DNA of 64,000 nucleotides from an uncultured Gemmatimonadales bacterium. Its GTDB lineage: Bacteria; Gemmatimonadota; Gemmatimonadetes; Longimicrobiales; Gaopeijiaceae. Shown piece after piece: positions 19,564 through 31,924 of the stretch (position 1 is the stretch's first letter; each line of letters begins with the position of its first letter). Position numbers and translations under genes: made by a program. The notes under the pieces are model-generated. The model did not search any database. It saw only the letters and a list, made by a program, of their open reading frames with translations, and was not told the DNA's origin. The stretch lies in the NCBI GenBank assembly GCA_963809895.1, contig CAWELD010000003.1:2144001-2208000 (forward strand), read 5' to 3'.

Positions 19564-19926
19564 TCAGGCTTTGAAGAAGCGCTCCTTCACCACCTTGCCG
19601 TCGCGCCAGTGGCGGACCGCGACCTGATCGAAGGTCTGCTCGCCCCACTCCTCGTGGGTGATGTCGAAGTGCCAGGTGGACATGGTCACGCCGTCGCCCA
19701 CCGCCCAGTCCGTCACCTTCAGGTTCCGGACCTCACTCACGTTGCTGAAGAACTCCTGTTCCCGTCGGCGATTCCGCTCCTTGCCGATGAAGGGCTCGTC
19801 GGAGCCCTCCTGCATCACCACGTCTTCGGCGTAGAAGTCGTCGAACGCCTCCAGGGCGTCACCGTCCATGATCGCTTGATTCAGATCCTTCTCCAGTTCC
19901 GCGAGCGTGCCTGTGGCAGTGCTCAT
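19564..19926 (-). CDS. SnoaL/NTF2-like protein
   Basis: FYAEDVVMQE, W.DGKVVKERF; GGGAGA RBS. Confidence 0.85.
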   Translation of the reverse strand: MSTATGTLAELEKDLNQAIMDGDALEAFDDFYAEDVVMQEGSDEPFIGKERNRRREQEFFSNVSEVRNLKVTDWAVGDGVTMSTWHFDITHEEWGEQTFDQVAVRHWRDGKVVKERFFKA

Positions 19927-20045
19927 GGGGTCTCCCGTGTCCTGAGGACGAAGTCGGCCTCACGGCCCGAAATCGTTCATGATGTACTACTTGTCTAGTC
20001 AAGCATTGTTCCGACGAAAAGGGCTCTTTGTCGGCACGGGGTCGC

Positions 20046-20546
20046 CTAATTCGCCCCCTGGTCCGCCTCGCGGAATCCCTCGCGCACACGGTCCAGAAGC
20101 CCGATCAGCGCGTCGAGATCGCCGCCGGAAAGGACGTTCTGCATCAGCCGGTCCCCGGCCTCGAACTCCTCGTCGAGGCGGGTGAGCAGCTCGAGCCCCT
20201 CGGAGGTGATGAAGCAGAACACCTGCCTGCGGTCCTCGACGCCACGCCGGCGGCCCACGAGGCTCTTGCGGATGAGACGATCCACGAGGCGGGTGACGCC
20301 GGGATGCCGCTCCACCATGCGCTCGCCGATGTCCAGGGTCGGGAGGCCGTCGGGCCCGGCGCCGCGCAGGATCCGGAGAACGTTGTACTGCTGGAGCGTG
20401 ATCCCGTCCGGCGCCAGACGATGGGCGAAGTAGTGACGAATGTCGTCGGCGGTCTTGAGCAGCGCGACCATGGCCTCCTGGCCGCGGCTGAGAGGGACTC
20501 GCTGACGGATCTCCTCGGCCACGGAACGGGGTCGGCCTGACGCCAT
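20046..20546 (-). CDS. MarR family transcriptional regulator
   Basis: ITLQQYNVLRILRG, VTRLVDRL, DRR..ITSEG; start moved to MASGRP. Confidence 0.9.
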   Translation of the reverse strand: MASGRPRSVAEEIRQRVPLSRGQEAMVALLKTADDIRHYFAHRLAPDGITLQQYNVLRILRGAGPDGLPTLDIGERMVERHPGVTRLVDRLIRKSLVGRRRGVEDRRQVFCFITSEGLELLTRLDEEFEAGDRLMQNVLSGGDLDALIGLLDRVREGFREADQGAN

Positions 20547-20764
20547 CGTAGGGCACCTGATGAGGTGGATTGGAAGCTGTGGGGCCGCGAGCAAGCTGCT
20601 CGTCCTCCCCCTGCGAGGCAAGCGAACGGCATACGATGTGCAGGCGCAGGACACGGGCCATTGGCTTGCGGATCGCGCCGCGAAGCCGTGAATTGCCATG
20701 GGGCCCCGTCGTATCGCGCGGCACAGGGATGAGCCCGGGCCCGAAGCCAACCCGGAGAACGCGC

Positions 20765-22891
20765 GTGTCCACCTCGGTTCGCAGCCCCCGCGTCCCCCTT
20801 CAGAAGGTGCTGGGGCTCTTCGACGTCTACGCAGTGGGGGCCGGAGCCACCCTGAGCTCCGGGTTCTTCCTGCTGCCGGGGCTCGCGGCCGCGGCGGCCG
20901 GTGCGGCCCTGCCCCTGGCCTACCTGTTGGCCGCGCTCCTGCTCTTTCCCGGATTCCTCAGCAAGACCGAGCTGGCCACCGCCATGCCCCGGGCCGGGGG
21001 TGTCTACTACTTCATCGATCGGGCCATGGGCCCGCTCATGGGGAGCATCGCAGGCTTCGGCACCTGGATCTCGCTGATGCTCAAGGCCGCCTTCGCCCTG
21101 GTCGGGGTCGGGGCGTATCTGGGTCTGGTCCTGCCCGAGCTCGAGATGGGGCCCGTGGCGGCCGGCTTTGCCGTGCTCTTCGGAGCCATCAACGCGCTGG
21201 GCGCCAAGAAGAGCAGCGCCTTCCAGGCGGGGCTCCTGGTGGCGCTCCTGGTGCTTCTGGCCTGGTTCATCGGCCTCGGACTGACGCAGGTGCGGGCCGA
21301 ACAGTTCGCGCACCTGTTCGCGGCGGGTCCCGCGGGCCTGGTGGAGGCCACCGGCCTGGTGATCGTGAGCTTCATGGGCCTCACCAAGGTGGCCAGCATC
21401 GCCGAAGAAGTGCGCAACCCGGAGCGCAACATCCCGCTGGGGCTCTTCCTGGCCTTCGGCTCGGTGCTCCTCATCTACGTGGTCGGGACCGCCGTCATGG
21501 TGGGCGTCGTGGGCGTGGAGACGCTGGCCCGGAACGGGGGTGACCTGACGCCGGTGGCCACCGTGGCCCGCACCCTAGTGGGCCCCTGGGGTGGGATGCT
21601 CATGGTGGCGGCCGCGGTGCTCGCCTTCTCGTCGGTGGCCAACGCCGGCATCCTGTCGGCGTCACGCTACCCGCTGGCCATGAGCCGGGACAGCCTCCTG
21701 CCCGCACGGCTCGCGCGCATCAGTGGGCGAGGCACGCCGCACCTCTCCATCGCGCTCACCGTGGCAGTGATCCTCGCCCTGGTGCTCGTCCTGGATCCGA
21801 CGAAGATCGCCAAGCTGGCCGGGGCGTTCATGCTGGTGACCTTCGGCCTCAACTGCCTGGCCGTCATCGTCATGCGCGAGAGCCGCATCCCGTCGTACGA
21901 TCCGGGGTTCCGCTCGCCCTTCTATCCGTGGATCCAGATCGTGGGCATCGTCACTCCCGTGTGGATGATCATGGAGATGGGCTGGCTGGCGTCACTGTTC
22001 AGCGGGCTGCTCATCACCTTCGGCGCCATGTGGTACACCTACTACGCCCGGGCCCGCGTGAGCCGCGAAGGAGCCATCTACCACGTCTTCGAGCGGCTGG
22101 GCCGGCAGCGAGACGAGGGGCTGGACCGGGAGCTGCGGGGCATCCTCAAGGAGAAGGGGCTACGTTCGGCGGATCCCTTCGACGAGGTGATCGCCGACGC
22201 CCTGGTCATCGACCTGTCCGAGCGCGCTCGCTTCACCGAGGTGCTGCGGCGGGCATCGGTAGGGCTCGGAGCCCGTCTGGGTCTCGATGCAGAGACGCTG
22301 GAGGAGGGATTCCTGAAAGGCACGGCGGTGGGCATGACGCCGGTCTCGCACGGCGCCGCCCTGCCGCATGTGCGCATACCAGGGCTGGCGGAGCCGGCGC
22401 TGGCGCTGATCCGCGGCGCGGAGGGCATCGACCTGGACGTGGCCATGGACGGCCTGGGGCGGTCAGGCACGGAGCCGGTGCACGCCGTCTTCTGCCTGGT
22501 GAGCTCCGAGGAGCAGCCGGGGCGCCATCTGCGCATCCTGGCCCAGATCGCCGGACGCGTGGACGACGACGACTTCATGGACGCCTGGCTGGCCGCCACC
22601 CATCCCCAGGAGCTCAAGGAGGTGGTGCTCCGGGACGAGCGCATGCTGGCGCTCCGGCTCCTGCGGGGGACTCCTTCGTCGGGGCTCATCGGCCACGCCA
22701 TGAGCGAGCTGGCCATGCCCGAAGGCACGCTGGTGGCGCTCATCCGGCGCTCGGGCGACTTCGTGGTGCCCCGGGGCGGCACGATCCTGTGCGAGGAGGA
22801 CCGCCTGACCATCATCGGCCATCCCGACGGCGTGCAGGCGCTGCGCGTCCGCTTCGGAGTGGCCGCGGGCGGGGGGCCGGGCTCGGACTGA
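20765..22891 (+). CDS. APC amino acid permease fused to PTS EIIA-like and TrkA-C (RCK) domains
   Basis: GATLSSGFF, ELATAMP.AGG.Y, AEEVRNPERNIP; GAALPH EIIA motif; LVALIRR..VPRG..D.L RCK-C; start uncertain (20729 or 20765). Confidence 0.85.
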   Translation: MSTSVRSPRVPLQKVLGLFDVYAVGAGATLSSGFFLLPGLAAAAAGAALPLAYLLAALLLFPGFLSKTELATAMPRAGGVYYFIDRAMGPLMGSIAGFGTWISLMLKAAFALVGVGAYLGLVLPELEMGPVAAGFAVLFGAINALGAKKSSAFQAGLLVALLVLLAWFIGLGLTQVRAEQFAHLFAAGPAGLVEATGLVIVSFMGLTKVASIAEEVRNPERNIPLGLFLAFGSVLLIYVVGTAVMVGVVGVETLARNGGDLTPVATVARTLVGPWGGMLMVAAAVLAFSSVANAGILSASRYPLAMSRDSLLPARLARISGRGTPHLSIALTVAVILALVLVLDPTKIAKLAGAFMLVTFGLNCLAVIVMRESRIPSYDPGFRSPFYPWIQIVGIVTPVWMIMEMGWLASLFSGLLITFGAMWYTYYARARVSREGAIYHVFERLGRQRDEGLDRELRGILKEKGLRSADPFDEVIADALVIDLSERARFTEVLRRASVGLGARLGLDAETLEEGFLKGTAVGMTPVSHGAALPHVRIPGLAEPALALIRGAEGIDLDVAMDGLGRSGTEPVHAVFCLVSSEEQPGRHLRILAQIAGRVDDDDFMDAWLAATHPQELKEVVLRDERMLALRLLRGTPSSGLIGHAMSELAMPEGTLVALIRRSGDFVVPRGGTILCEEDRLTIIGHPDGVQALRVRFGVAAGGGPGSD

Positions 22892-22895
22892 AGCC

Positions 22896-24664
<1,769 letters not shown>

Positions 24665-24717
24665 TGAGCCGTTTAATCTCGGGGATCGAGGCGACGGGTC
24701 AAGCCCGTACGTGAAGA

Positions 24718-24747
24718 GCGGCGCCCGCCGTGAGGGGCGGGCGCCGC
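24718..24747 (-). terminator. Terminator hairpin after RNase P RNA
   Basis: 12-bp stem GCGGCGCCCGCC / GGCGGGCGCCGC then TCTT. Confidence 0.65.
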
Positions 24748-25132
<385 letters not shown>

Positions 25133-25168
25133 TGAAGAATACGGCGGGAGGGCGGGCGAGTTCCACGC

Positions 25169-25354
25169 CTACCCGTACAACGACCTCCCCTTCCACTCCC
25201 ACCAGACGAACGTGATGAGCCCTCCGATCAGGACCGCCTTCCAGATGCCGCCCCATCCCGGGACGAGGCCGGCTGCCAGACCCAGCACGAGTGACACGAT
25301 CACGGTGTACAGCAACCGCACCGGCCATGAGAATCGCTTCGCTGTGGTGGTCAT
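25169..25354 (-). CDS. Small two-TM membrane protein (61 aa)
   Basis: GAGGGGAG RBS and two hydrophobic segments. Confidence 0.6.
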   Translation of the reverse strand: MTTTAKRFSWPVRLLYTVIVSLVLGLAAGLVPGWGGIWKAVLIGGLITFVWWEWKGRSLYG

Positions 25355-25498
25355 CTCCCCTCACTCGACGAGGATGCCGGAGGTCTGCGAATCTACCATG
25401 CATTGGTTACGTCGCGCGACCCCTCGTCCCGTGGGTCCCAACGTGATATATCTGGCATCTGCCGGCGCACTCCGTTGCCGAAAACCCAGGATTCTTCC

Positions 25499-27509
25499 AT
25501 GAACGTCCGCCGTCTCCATGCCTTCGCCCTCACGACGGTGCTGGCCTTCGCGGCCTCGCTGCCCGCAACCGCCTCGGCCCAGGACACCCGCGCCATCCGG
25601 CGCACCATCCCCATGACGGACATGATCCAGCGGGCCTTCGCAGCGGGCACGCGGGACTCCACGGGCGCGCCCGGGTCGCGCCTACTGGCAGACCCGAGTG
25701 GACTACTCCATCGACGCCGCGCCTCGACCCGTCCACGTCGGTCCTCAGCGGTACGGAGACGGTCACGGTCCACAACGGGAGCGATCAGGAGATGACGTCC
25801 ATCGTCCTGCGCCTGGACCAGAACATCTTCCGAGCCGAGTCGCCCCGTGCAGCGCCCTCGGCCCCCGCCGAGATCACCGACGGCATGGTCCTGACACGGA
25901 TGAGCGTGGACGGAGAGGCGGTGGACCTGGAGCCCGAGCCCGGCTCGATCCGCGGCCGCCGAGGCGCGCCGCCCGCCGTGTCCCGCCCCACGCTCGTGGG
26001 GGGCACGCAGACCGTCGGCCACCGTCCTCCTGCCGCAGCCGATCGCGCCTGGGGCGACGGCCACGCTCGAGGTGGCGTGGCACTTCAAGATGGCCGGCGG
26101 CGAAGGCGGGCGTGGACACCGCATGACCGCACGCTGGGCCGACTCGCTCTACCAGGCGACCCAGTGGTTCCCACGGGTGGCGACCTTCGACGACCTGAAC
26201 GGCTGGGACACCGAGCCCTACCTCGGTCCTGCGGAGTTCTACCACGACTTCGGCCGCTTCGACGTGCGTCTGACGGTGCCCGGCGGATGGCTGGTCGGCG
26301 CCACGGGCGTGCTCCAGAATCCCGAAGAGGTGCTCACCGCCGACGGCGCGGGAGCGTCTCAGCCACGTCCTGGAGTCCGACGACGACCCGCACCATCGTG
26401 GCAGAGGACGAGGAGGGGCCCGGCAGGGCAACCGCAGCCGGGCGACCGTCTCACCTGGCATTTCGTGGCGGACACGGTGAACGACTTCGCCTGGGGAACG
26501 GCGAAGCACTTCGTGTGGGAAGCGACGCGCGCCACCATCCCCGGAAAGGGGCCGGTGCCCATCCACATGCTCTACCTGCCCGGACGGGCGCGCCTGTACG
26601 AGAACGCGGCGGCGAACGCCCGCCACGCGCTGGAGTTCTACTCGAGGCTCTACATCCCGTACGCCTTTCCCAAGCTGACGCTGCTGGACGGCCCCGACAG
26701 CGGGATGGAGTACCCCATGGTCATCATGTCCAACCAGGGAGCGGCGGATCACGAGGCCGCGCACTCGTGGTGGCCCATGACGGTGGCGAACGACGAGACC
26801 CGCTACGGGTGGATGGACGAGGGCTTCAACCAGTACATGAACATCCTCTCGGATGCCGATGCGGCGGGCGAGGCGCCGAACCTGGACGGACTCGGCCAGC
26901 GCTACGGGCAGATCAGCGGCAACGAGCTCGAGCCGCCCCTGATGTGGCAGGCCAACTACGCCGGCTCCATGTACTCCTTCCAGACCTACAGCAAGACGCC
27001 GCTCATGCTGTCGATGCTGGGCGGCATCGTGGGCGACAGCGGCGGTGTGGCGAGCGCAGAAGGAGTACGCCGAGGAATGGCGCTTCAAGCACCCCTCGCC
27101 GTGGGATTGGATGTTCTCGATGCAGCGCTCCCTCGGGCGCGACCTCGGGTGGTTCTGGTACTACTGGCTCTTCACCACCGAGTCCGTGGACGGCTCCATC
27201 CAGAACGTGTCGAGCTCCGGCGGGCGCACGACCGTGACGGTCCGCCAGGACGGCGCGATGCCCTCGCCGGTGGTGCTCCGGGTGCGCCTGATGCCGTCGG
27301 GTCCCGAGATCCGTCCACCAGCGAACGCCGTGCGCATCGACGAGCTCACCTACGACGTGACCTTCCCCGTGGACGTCTGGCTCGACGGCGACCGCACGTA
27401 CGACGCGGTGCTCGACTTCGGCGGACGCGCCGCCGAGCAGGTCACCCTCGATCCCCGGGGGCGCTTCCCGGACCGCGATCCGGCGGACAACGTTTGGCCG
27501 AGGGGGTAG
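25499..27509 (+). CDS. M1 family aminopeptidase, secreted (about 5-6 frameshifts)
   Basis: Signal peptide, QWFPR, DFAW, GMEYP, HEAAH-x18-E (WMDEG), W.FKHP.PWD spread over three frames. Confidence 0.85.
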
Positions 27510-27518
27510 CGCGCGCCC

Positions 27519-28832
27519 TCACGGATTCCGATCCAGGCAGCCCGTGAAGTACGGGTTGTTCCGCTCCTGGAAGGGGACGGGCAGGTCGGTGTCGGGGCCG
27601 TAGGCGCCGCCCTTGTAGTAAGGGCCCGACGGGAAGACGTCGTCGGGCGCGCGGCCGTACTGGCGTACCAGCCGACGCAGATCGCCCAGGCGGTGCGACG
27701 ACGCGACCAGGGTGAAGGCCCGCTCCCGGAAGAGCAGATCCACACGGGCCGGGTCGTCGCCGGGATCGGCCAGGGGCGGCAGATCGTAGCGCTCCCGTAC
27801 CTCGTTCAGAAGGGACATCATGGTCGCCGCATCGCCGGCGTGGAGGGCGGCCTCGGCCTGGATGAGGCGGGCCTCGGCGCCCTCCGCCAGCGCGATGGGG
27901 GCATCGCGCGCCGGGTACTTGAGGAGGTCGTACTGGGGCGTGAAGAAGTCGAAGCCCAGGTCGCCGGAGGGATCCCGGGTCCATGGCACGCGGGGATCCT
28001 CGGCGCTGCGGTACGGCAGCCCGCGTCCGCCCTCGTCGTCCGCCAGCGACCAGCGCTCGTAGACCACGTTGAAGTCGTAGACCCCGTTCTCCTGACGCAC
28101 CGTGTTGGTGGAGTAGTAGACGAGATAGCGGAAGTCCGTGGGCACGCCGGCCACGGCCGCCCCGGCTTCGGCCCAGCGTCCTCGATCCAGCAGCGCCCTC
28201 CCCTTGCCCAGGCGCGCAAGGTACTCGGCGCCCTCGTCTCCGGCGGTGGCCGCCAGCGCATCGTCGAAGCGGGCTTCGGCCCGCTGGAACGTCTCGTCGG
28301 TAGTGGTGGGGTGCCCGAACAGAACGGTGCCCCCCACCACGTCGGAATAGGGCACGCCGGAGCAGTAGTTCTCGCCGAACATGACGTAGGTGTAGCCCGC
28401 CAGCGCCCACATCTCGGCCACGCGAGGGTCGGTGTCGCCCTCGTGCGCCGCGGCCAGCGCCCCTGCGGCGCCCTCCAACGATTGCCGCGCCCGCTGGAGG
28501 TTGGAGAACACGGTGGTCCCCACCTCGTTGTCCTCGCGCACCCCCCGGCGGTCCACCTCGGCCCGGGCCAGGAAGGTGCCCGAGTGCACGAACTCGTCGG
28601 CCAGTAGCCCCGAAAGCAGGATCTGCCCCTCGGTGCTGCCGCCGTCGCCGGCCAGCGCCAGGGCGAAATCCCCCAGCGCCCCGGCCCGCAGCGTGGCCAG
28701 GCCCGAGGCCCCGGAGAGGTCGCCGGGCGTGACCACGTCGGGATCGGACACGTCCAGGAGGCCACCCAGGTCGCAGGCGGCCAGCGCCAGCGGCAGGGTG
28801 AGCGCGACGACGAGGCCTGCGGCGCGGCGCAC
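27519..28832 (-). CDS. RagB/SusD family outer-membrane lipoprotein
   Basis: LAAC lipobox, GENYCSGVP, EARLIQAEA, RERAF..HRLGDLRR, PVP..E..NP; only the 3' part of the 2053-aa track ORF is real. Confidence 0.88.
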   Translation of the reverse strand: MRRAAGLVVALTLPLALAACDLGGLLDVSDPDVVTPGDLSGASGLATLRAGALGDFALALAGDGGSTEGQILLSGLLADEFVHSGTFLARAEVDRRGVREDNEVGTTVFSNLQRARQSLEGAAGALAAAHEGDTDPRVAEMWALAGYTYVMFGENYCSGVPYSDVVGGTVLFGHPTTTDETFQRAEARFDDALAATAGDEGAEYLARLGKGRALLDRGRWAEAGAAVAGVPTDFRYLVYYSTNTVRQENGVYDFNVVYERWSLADDEGGRGLPYRSAEDPRVPWTRDPSGDLGFDFFTPQYDLLKYPARDAPIALAEGAEARLIQAEAALHAGDAATMMSLLNEVRERYDLPPLADPGDDPARVDLLFRERAFTLVASSHRLGDLRRLVRQYGRAPDDVFPSGPYYKGGAYGPDTDLPVPFQERNNPYFTGCLDRNP

Positions 28833-28837
28833 GGCGC

Positions 28838-31800
28838 TCAGAACTCCACCCGCACCCGCAGCGACCACGTGCGCGTGGGAGGCTGCGTCATGAAGTCCCG
28901 GGACAGGAAGTTGGCCTGGCCGAACTGGTTCACCTCGGGATCCAGCCCCGTGTAGCCGGTGAAGGTGAGGAGGTTGCGGCCGGCCAGGGTGACGCTGGCG
29001 GCGTCGGCGCCGAGGCGGGCGGCCCACGAGCCCGGCAGCCGCGCGGTCGCGCTCAGCTCCCGGAGCTTCCAGAACGAGGCGTCTTCCATGAAGAGCGACT
29101 GGCTCTGGAAGCTCGAGGGCAGCACGGTCTGGGTGAGCGCCCGCGCCTGCTCCAGCAGCGGCGCCTCGGGATCGTTGAGCCCGCGGCAGATCCCGTTCTG
29201 GCAGCGGAACGCCTCGCCCTGGTTGCGCAGCCGGTAGCCGCCCCGGTACTCGGCCAACGCGTGCACCGACAGCCCCCAGGGGAGCGACAGCGCGCTGGTG
29301 ACACTCAGGTCCCGGTCCGGAAGCGCGCTTCCCTGATAGGTCTCGGTCACCCCCACGGTGAGCTCCGAGGCCACGATGCGGCCGTCGCCGTCGGCGTCCC
29401 GGTAGGTGATGGGCTTGGCCCAGTATCCCCCCAGGGGATAGCCCTCCACGAACCACTGCGTCCCCTGCTTCAGCGGCGGCATGGGATCCCCGCCGGGCAG
29501 CGTGCCCAGCTTCAGGAGCTCGTTGTGGTTGGCCCAGGCCTGCACCCCGACCTGCCAGCGCAGCCAGGGGAGCTCGAGCACGCGAGCGTCGAGGCCCGCC
29601 TCCACGCCGCGGTTCAGCACCTCGCCCAGGTTCACGAAGCGGCTCGCGCCCGCACCCGCCGACGGGGGGATGGGCTGCCGGAGGAGGAGGTCCGTGGTGG
29701 TCTTGCGGTACCAGGTGAAGCGGAGCCCCAGGCGGTCGTCCAGGAAGCCGGCATCGAAGCCCACCTCCACCTCCGACGAGCGTTCGGGCCTCAAGTCGGC
29801 GTTGCCCAGCGAGCCGAAGGTGACGCCGGAGCGGTCCACGCCGTCGGCGGTCACGGCCACCGGCTGGTAGAAGCGGAGCGCGTCGGTGGGGCCGGGCTGG
29901 GCGCCGGAGCGGCCCCAGGCGGCCCGCAGCCGCAATGCCGACAGGGGATCCCAGCGCGGCATGAAGGGCGCCTCGCCGAGCACCCACGACACGCCCAGCT
30001 TCGGGTAGACGATGACGTCGAAGTCGGCGCCGAAGGCGCTGTTGTCGTCGGCCCGGAGCCCGGCGGTGACGAAGAGCCGGTCGTCCAGCGCCAGCTCCTC
30101 CTCGAGGTAGAGCCCCAGGGTGCGGCTCTCGCTGGTGGTCTCCGAGGCCTTGGTCACGCTGGCGGCCGCCACCGAATGCGCGCCGGTGGGGATGTCCTCG
30201 CCGTGGGCGTCGGCCCGGTTGAAGCGGTCCAGGTAGAACTGGCTGCCCACCGTGGTGCGGGTGGTGAGGCGCTGGGTGAGCGCGCGGCGCGCGCTGGCGG
30301 CCAGGTCCACCGTGTAGCCGTGGATGCGGGCCGTGTTCACGTCCCGGAGCCCCACCGGAAAGACGGGGCCGTAGAAGACCCGGTCCCGGGGCACGTCCTG
30401 GATGTCGGTGCGGGTGGCCACGTCCAGCCCCAGCGAGCCCCGGAGCTCCAGCCAGTCGAGGGGCCGGCCGTCGAGCTGCACGCCGGCGACGACGCGGTCC
30501 AGCTCCTGCGACACGGCCAGGGCGAACACGTCGGCCGGCGCGAACAGGCCGTAGCCGTGGGCGGCGCCCCGGTCCGGCGAGGCGTAGCCCAGCATGCCCG
30601 ACGGCAGGATGCCCAGGACGTTGTTGTCGTTCTGCGGAAGGCGCAGGTCGGACGAGATGACGCCGGCGCTCACCCGGGCGTCGAGCCAGTCCCACACGCG
30701 CCCGCCGAAGTTGGCCCGGAGCGAGAGACGGTCCAGCCGGTTGGGATCGAACTGCGAGGCCGGGAGCTGGGCGTACAGGTCGCCGCCCAGCTCGGTCCGC
30801 AGGCGATCCCGCTCGAAGTCGGGCAGCCGGTACACGCCGTCCTGGCTCTCCCAGGCACCGGACAGGTAGTAGGTGAGCCGGTCCGAGCCGCCGGACACGG
30901 ACACGCCGTACTGTTGCCGCCATCCGGTCTGGAAGGGCGTGGTCCGGGGATCCCGCAGCGGGCTGAACATCTCCAGCTCCGCCTGATCGCACGCGCCGGC
31001 CACGGCCTGGAAGGTGAAGCACAGGCGACCGTCGGCCGTGCGGGCGCTGTAGTTGGCCGGGTAGTCGTGGACGTCCTGGGCGAGTCCGGCCTCGAGCCAG
31101 GCCGTCAGGCGCGTGCGCCCCGGCTCGCCACGTCGCGTGGTGATGCGCACCACGCCGTTGGCGGCGTCGGTGCCGTAGAGCGTGGACGCCGAAGGCCCCT
31201 TGACCATCTCCACCGACTCGATGTCCTCGGGAGCCAGGTCGTCGAGGCGCGACGGCACCTGGCCCCCCACGTCGATGGAGCCCGACTCCACCGAGCTCTC
31301 CAGCCGGACCCCGTCCAGGAAGATCACGGGGTCGTTGCCCAGCGAGATGGAGCTGGAGCCCCGGAGCCGGATGCGGGCGCCCGTGCCCACCGTGCCCGAG
31401 CCCGGCAGCACCGTGACGCCGCCGGCGCGGCCGGTCAGGAGCTCCGACATGGTGGTCACCGGGGCCGTCTCCATGACGGTGGCCACGTCGATGCGGGCGA
31501 CCTCGGTGGCCACCTGGCGCGTACGGCGCCGCCCGGTGGCGGTCACCACGAGCCGGTCCAGGGCGATGGCCTGGGACTGTAGCTCGACGGCCAGCGGGGT
31601 GGCGGCGCCGGCCCGCACCACGACGTCCACGCGCGCCTCCTCGTAGCCCAGGGCGCGAACGCGCACCCGCTGCGGCCCGCCGGGCACCGCCTCGAGGCGG
31701 GCTCGGCCCTGGCCGTCGGTGAGCGCGGCGAGCCGGGTCCCCACCACGGCGACCTCCGCCGTGGGCACCGGCCGGCCGCCGGTGCGGTCGGTGACGGTGA

Positions 31801-31924
31801 CGGTCAGCGTGCCCGGAGGCCCCGCCGGCCGCGTCTCCTGCGCGACGACTCCGGACGCCGCGAAGGCCAGCGTCAAGGCGACCACGGCCAGGAGCGCGGT
31901 CCCCCGGCGCCGCAGGACGCTCAC
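28838..31924 (-). CDS. SusC/RagA family TonB-dependent receptor
   Basis: IRLRGSSS, DIESVEMVKGPSASTLYG..AANGVV.ITT, LRPERS.E.E.G, C-terminal Phe; GTG overlaps the upstream stop. Confidence 0.92.
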   Translation of the reverse strand: MSVLRRRGTALLAVVALTLAFAASGVVAQETRPAGPPGTLTVTVTDRTGGRPVPTAEVAVVGTRLAALTDGQGRARLEAVPGGPQRVRVRALGYEEARVDVVVRAGAATPLAVELQSQAIALDRLVVTATGRRRTRQVATEVARIDVATVMETAPVTTMSELLTGRAGGVTVLPGSGTVGTGARIRLRGSSSISLGNDPVIFLDGVRLESSVESGSIDVGGQVPSRLDDLAPEDIESVEMVKGPSASTLYGTDAANGVVRITTRRGEPGRTRLTAWLEAGLAQDVHDYPANYSARTADGRLCFTFQAVAGACDQAELEMFSPLRDPRTTPFQTGWRQQYGVSVSGGSDRLTYYLSGAWESQDGVYRLPDFERDRLRTELGGDLYAQLPASQFDPNRLDRLSLRANFGGRVWDWLDARVSAGVISSDLRLPQNDNNVLGILPSGMLGYASPDRGAAHGYGLFAPADVFALAVSQELDRVVAGVQLDGRPLDWLELRGSLGLDVATRTDIQDVPRDRVFYGPVFPVGLRDVNTARIHGYTVDLAASARRALTQRLTTRTTVGSQFYLDRFNRADAHGEDIPTGAHSVAAASVTKASETTSESRTLGLYLEEELALDDRLFVTAGLRADDNSAFGADFDVIVYPKLGVSWVLGEAPFMPRWDPLSALRLRAAWGRSGAQPGPTDALRFYQPVAVTADGVDRSGVTFGSLGNADLRPERSSEVEVGFDAGFLDDRLGLRFTWYRKTTTDLLLRQPIPPSAGAGASRFVNLGEVLNRGVEAGLDARVLELPWLRWQVGVQAWANHNELLKLGTLPGGDPMPPLKQGTQWFVEGYPLGGYWAKPITYRDADGDGRIVASELTVGVTETYQGSALPDRDLSVTSALSLPWGLSVHALAEYRGGYRLRNQGEAFRCQNGICRGLNDPEAPLLEQARALTQTVLPSSFQSQSLFMEDASFWKLRELSATARLPGSWAARLGADAASVTLAGRNLLTFTGYTGLDPEVNQFGQANFLSRDFMTQPPTRTWSLRVRVEF

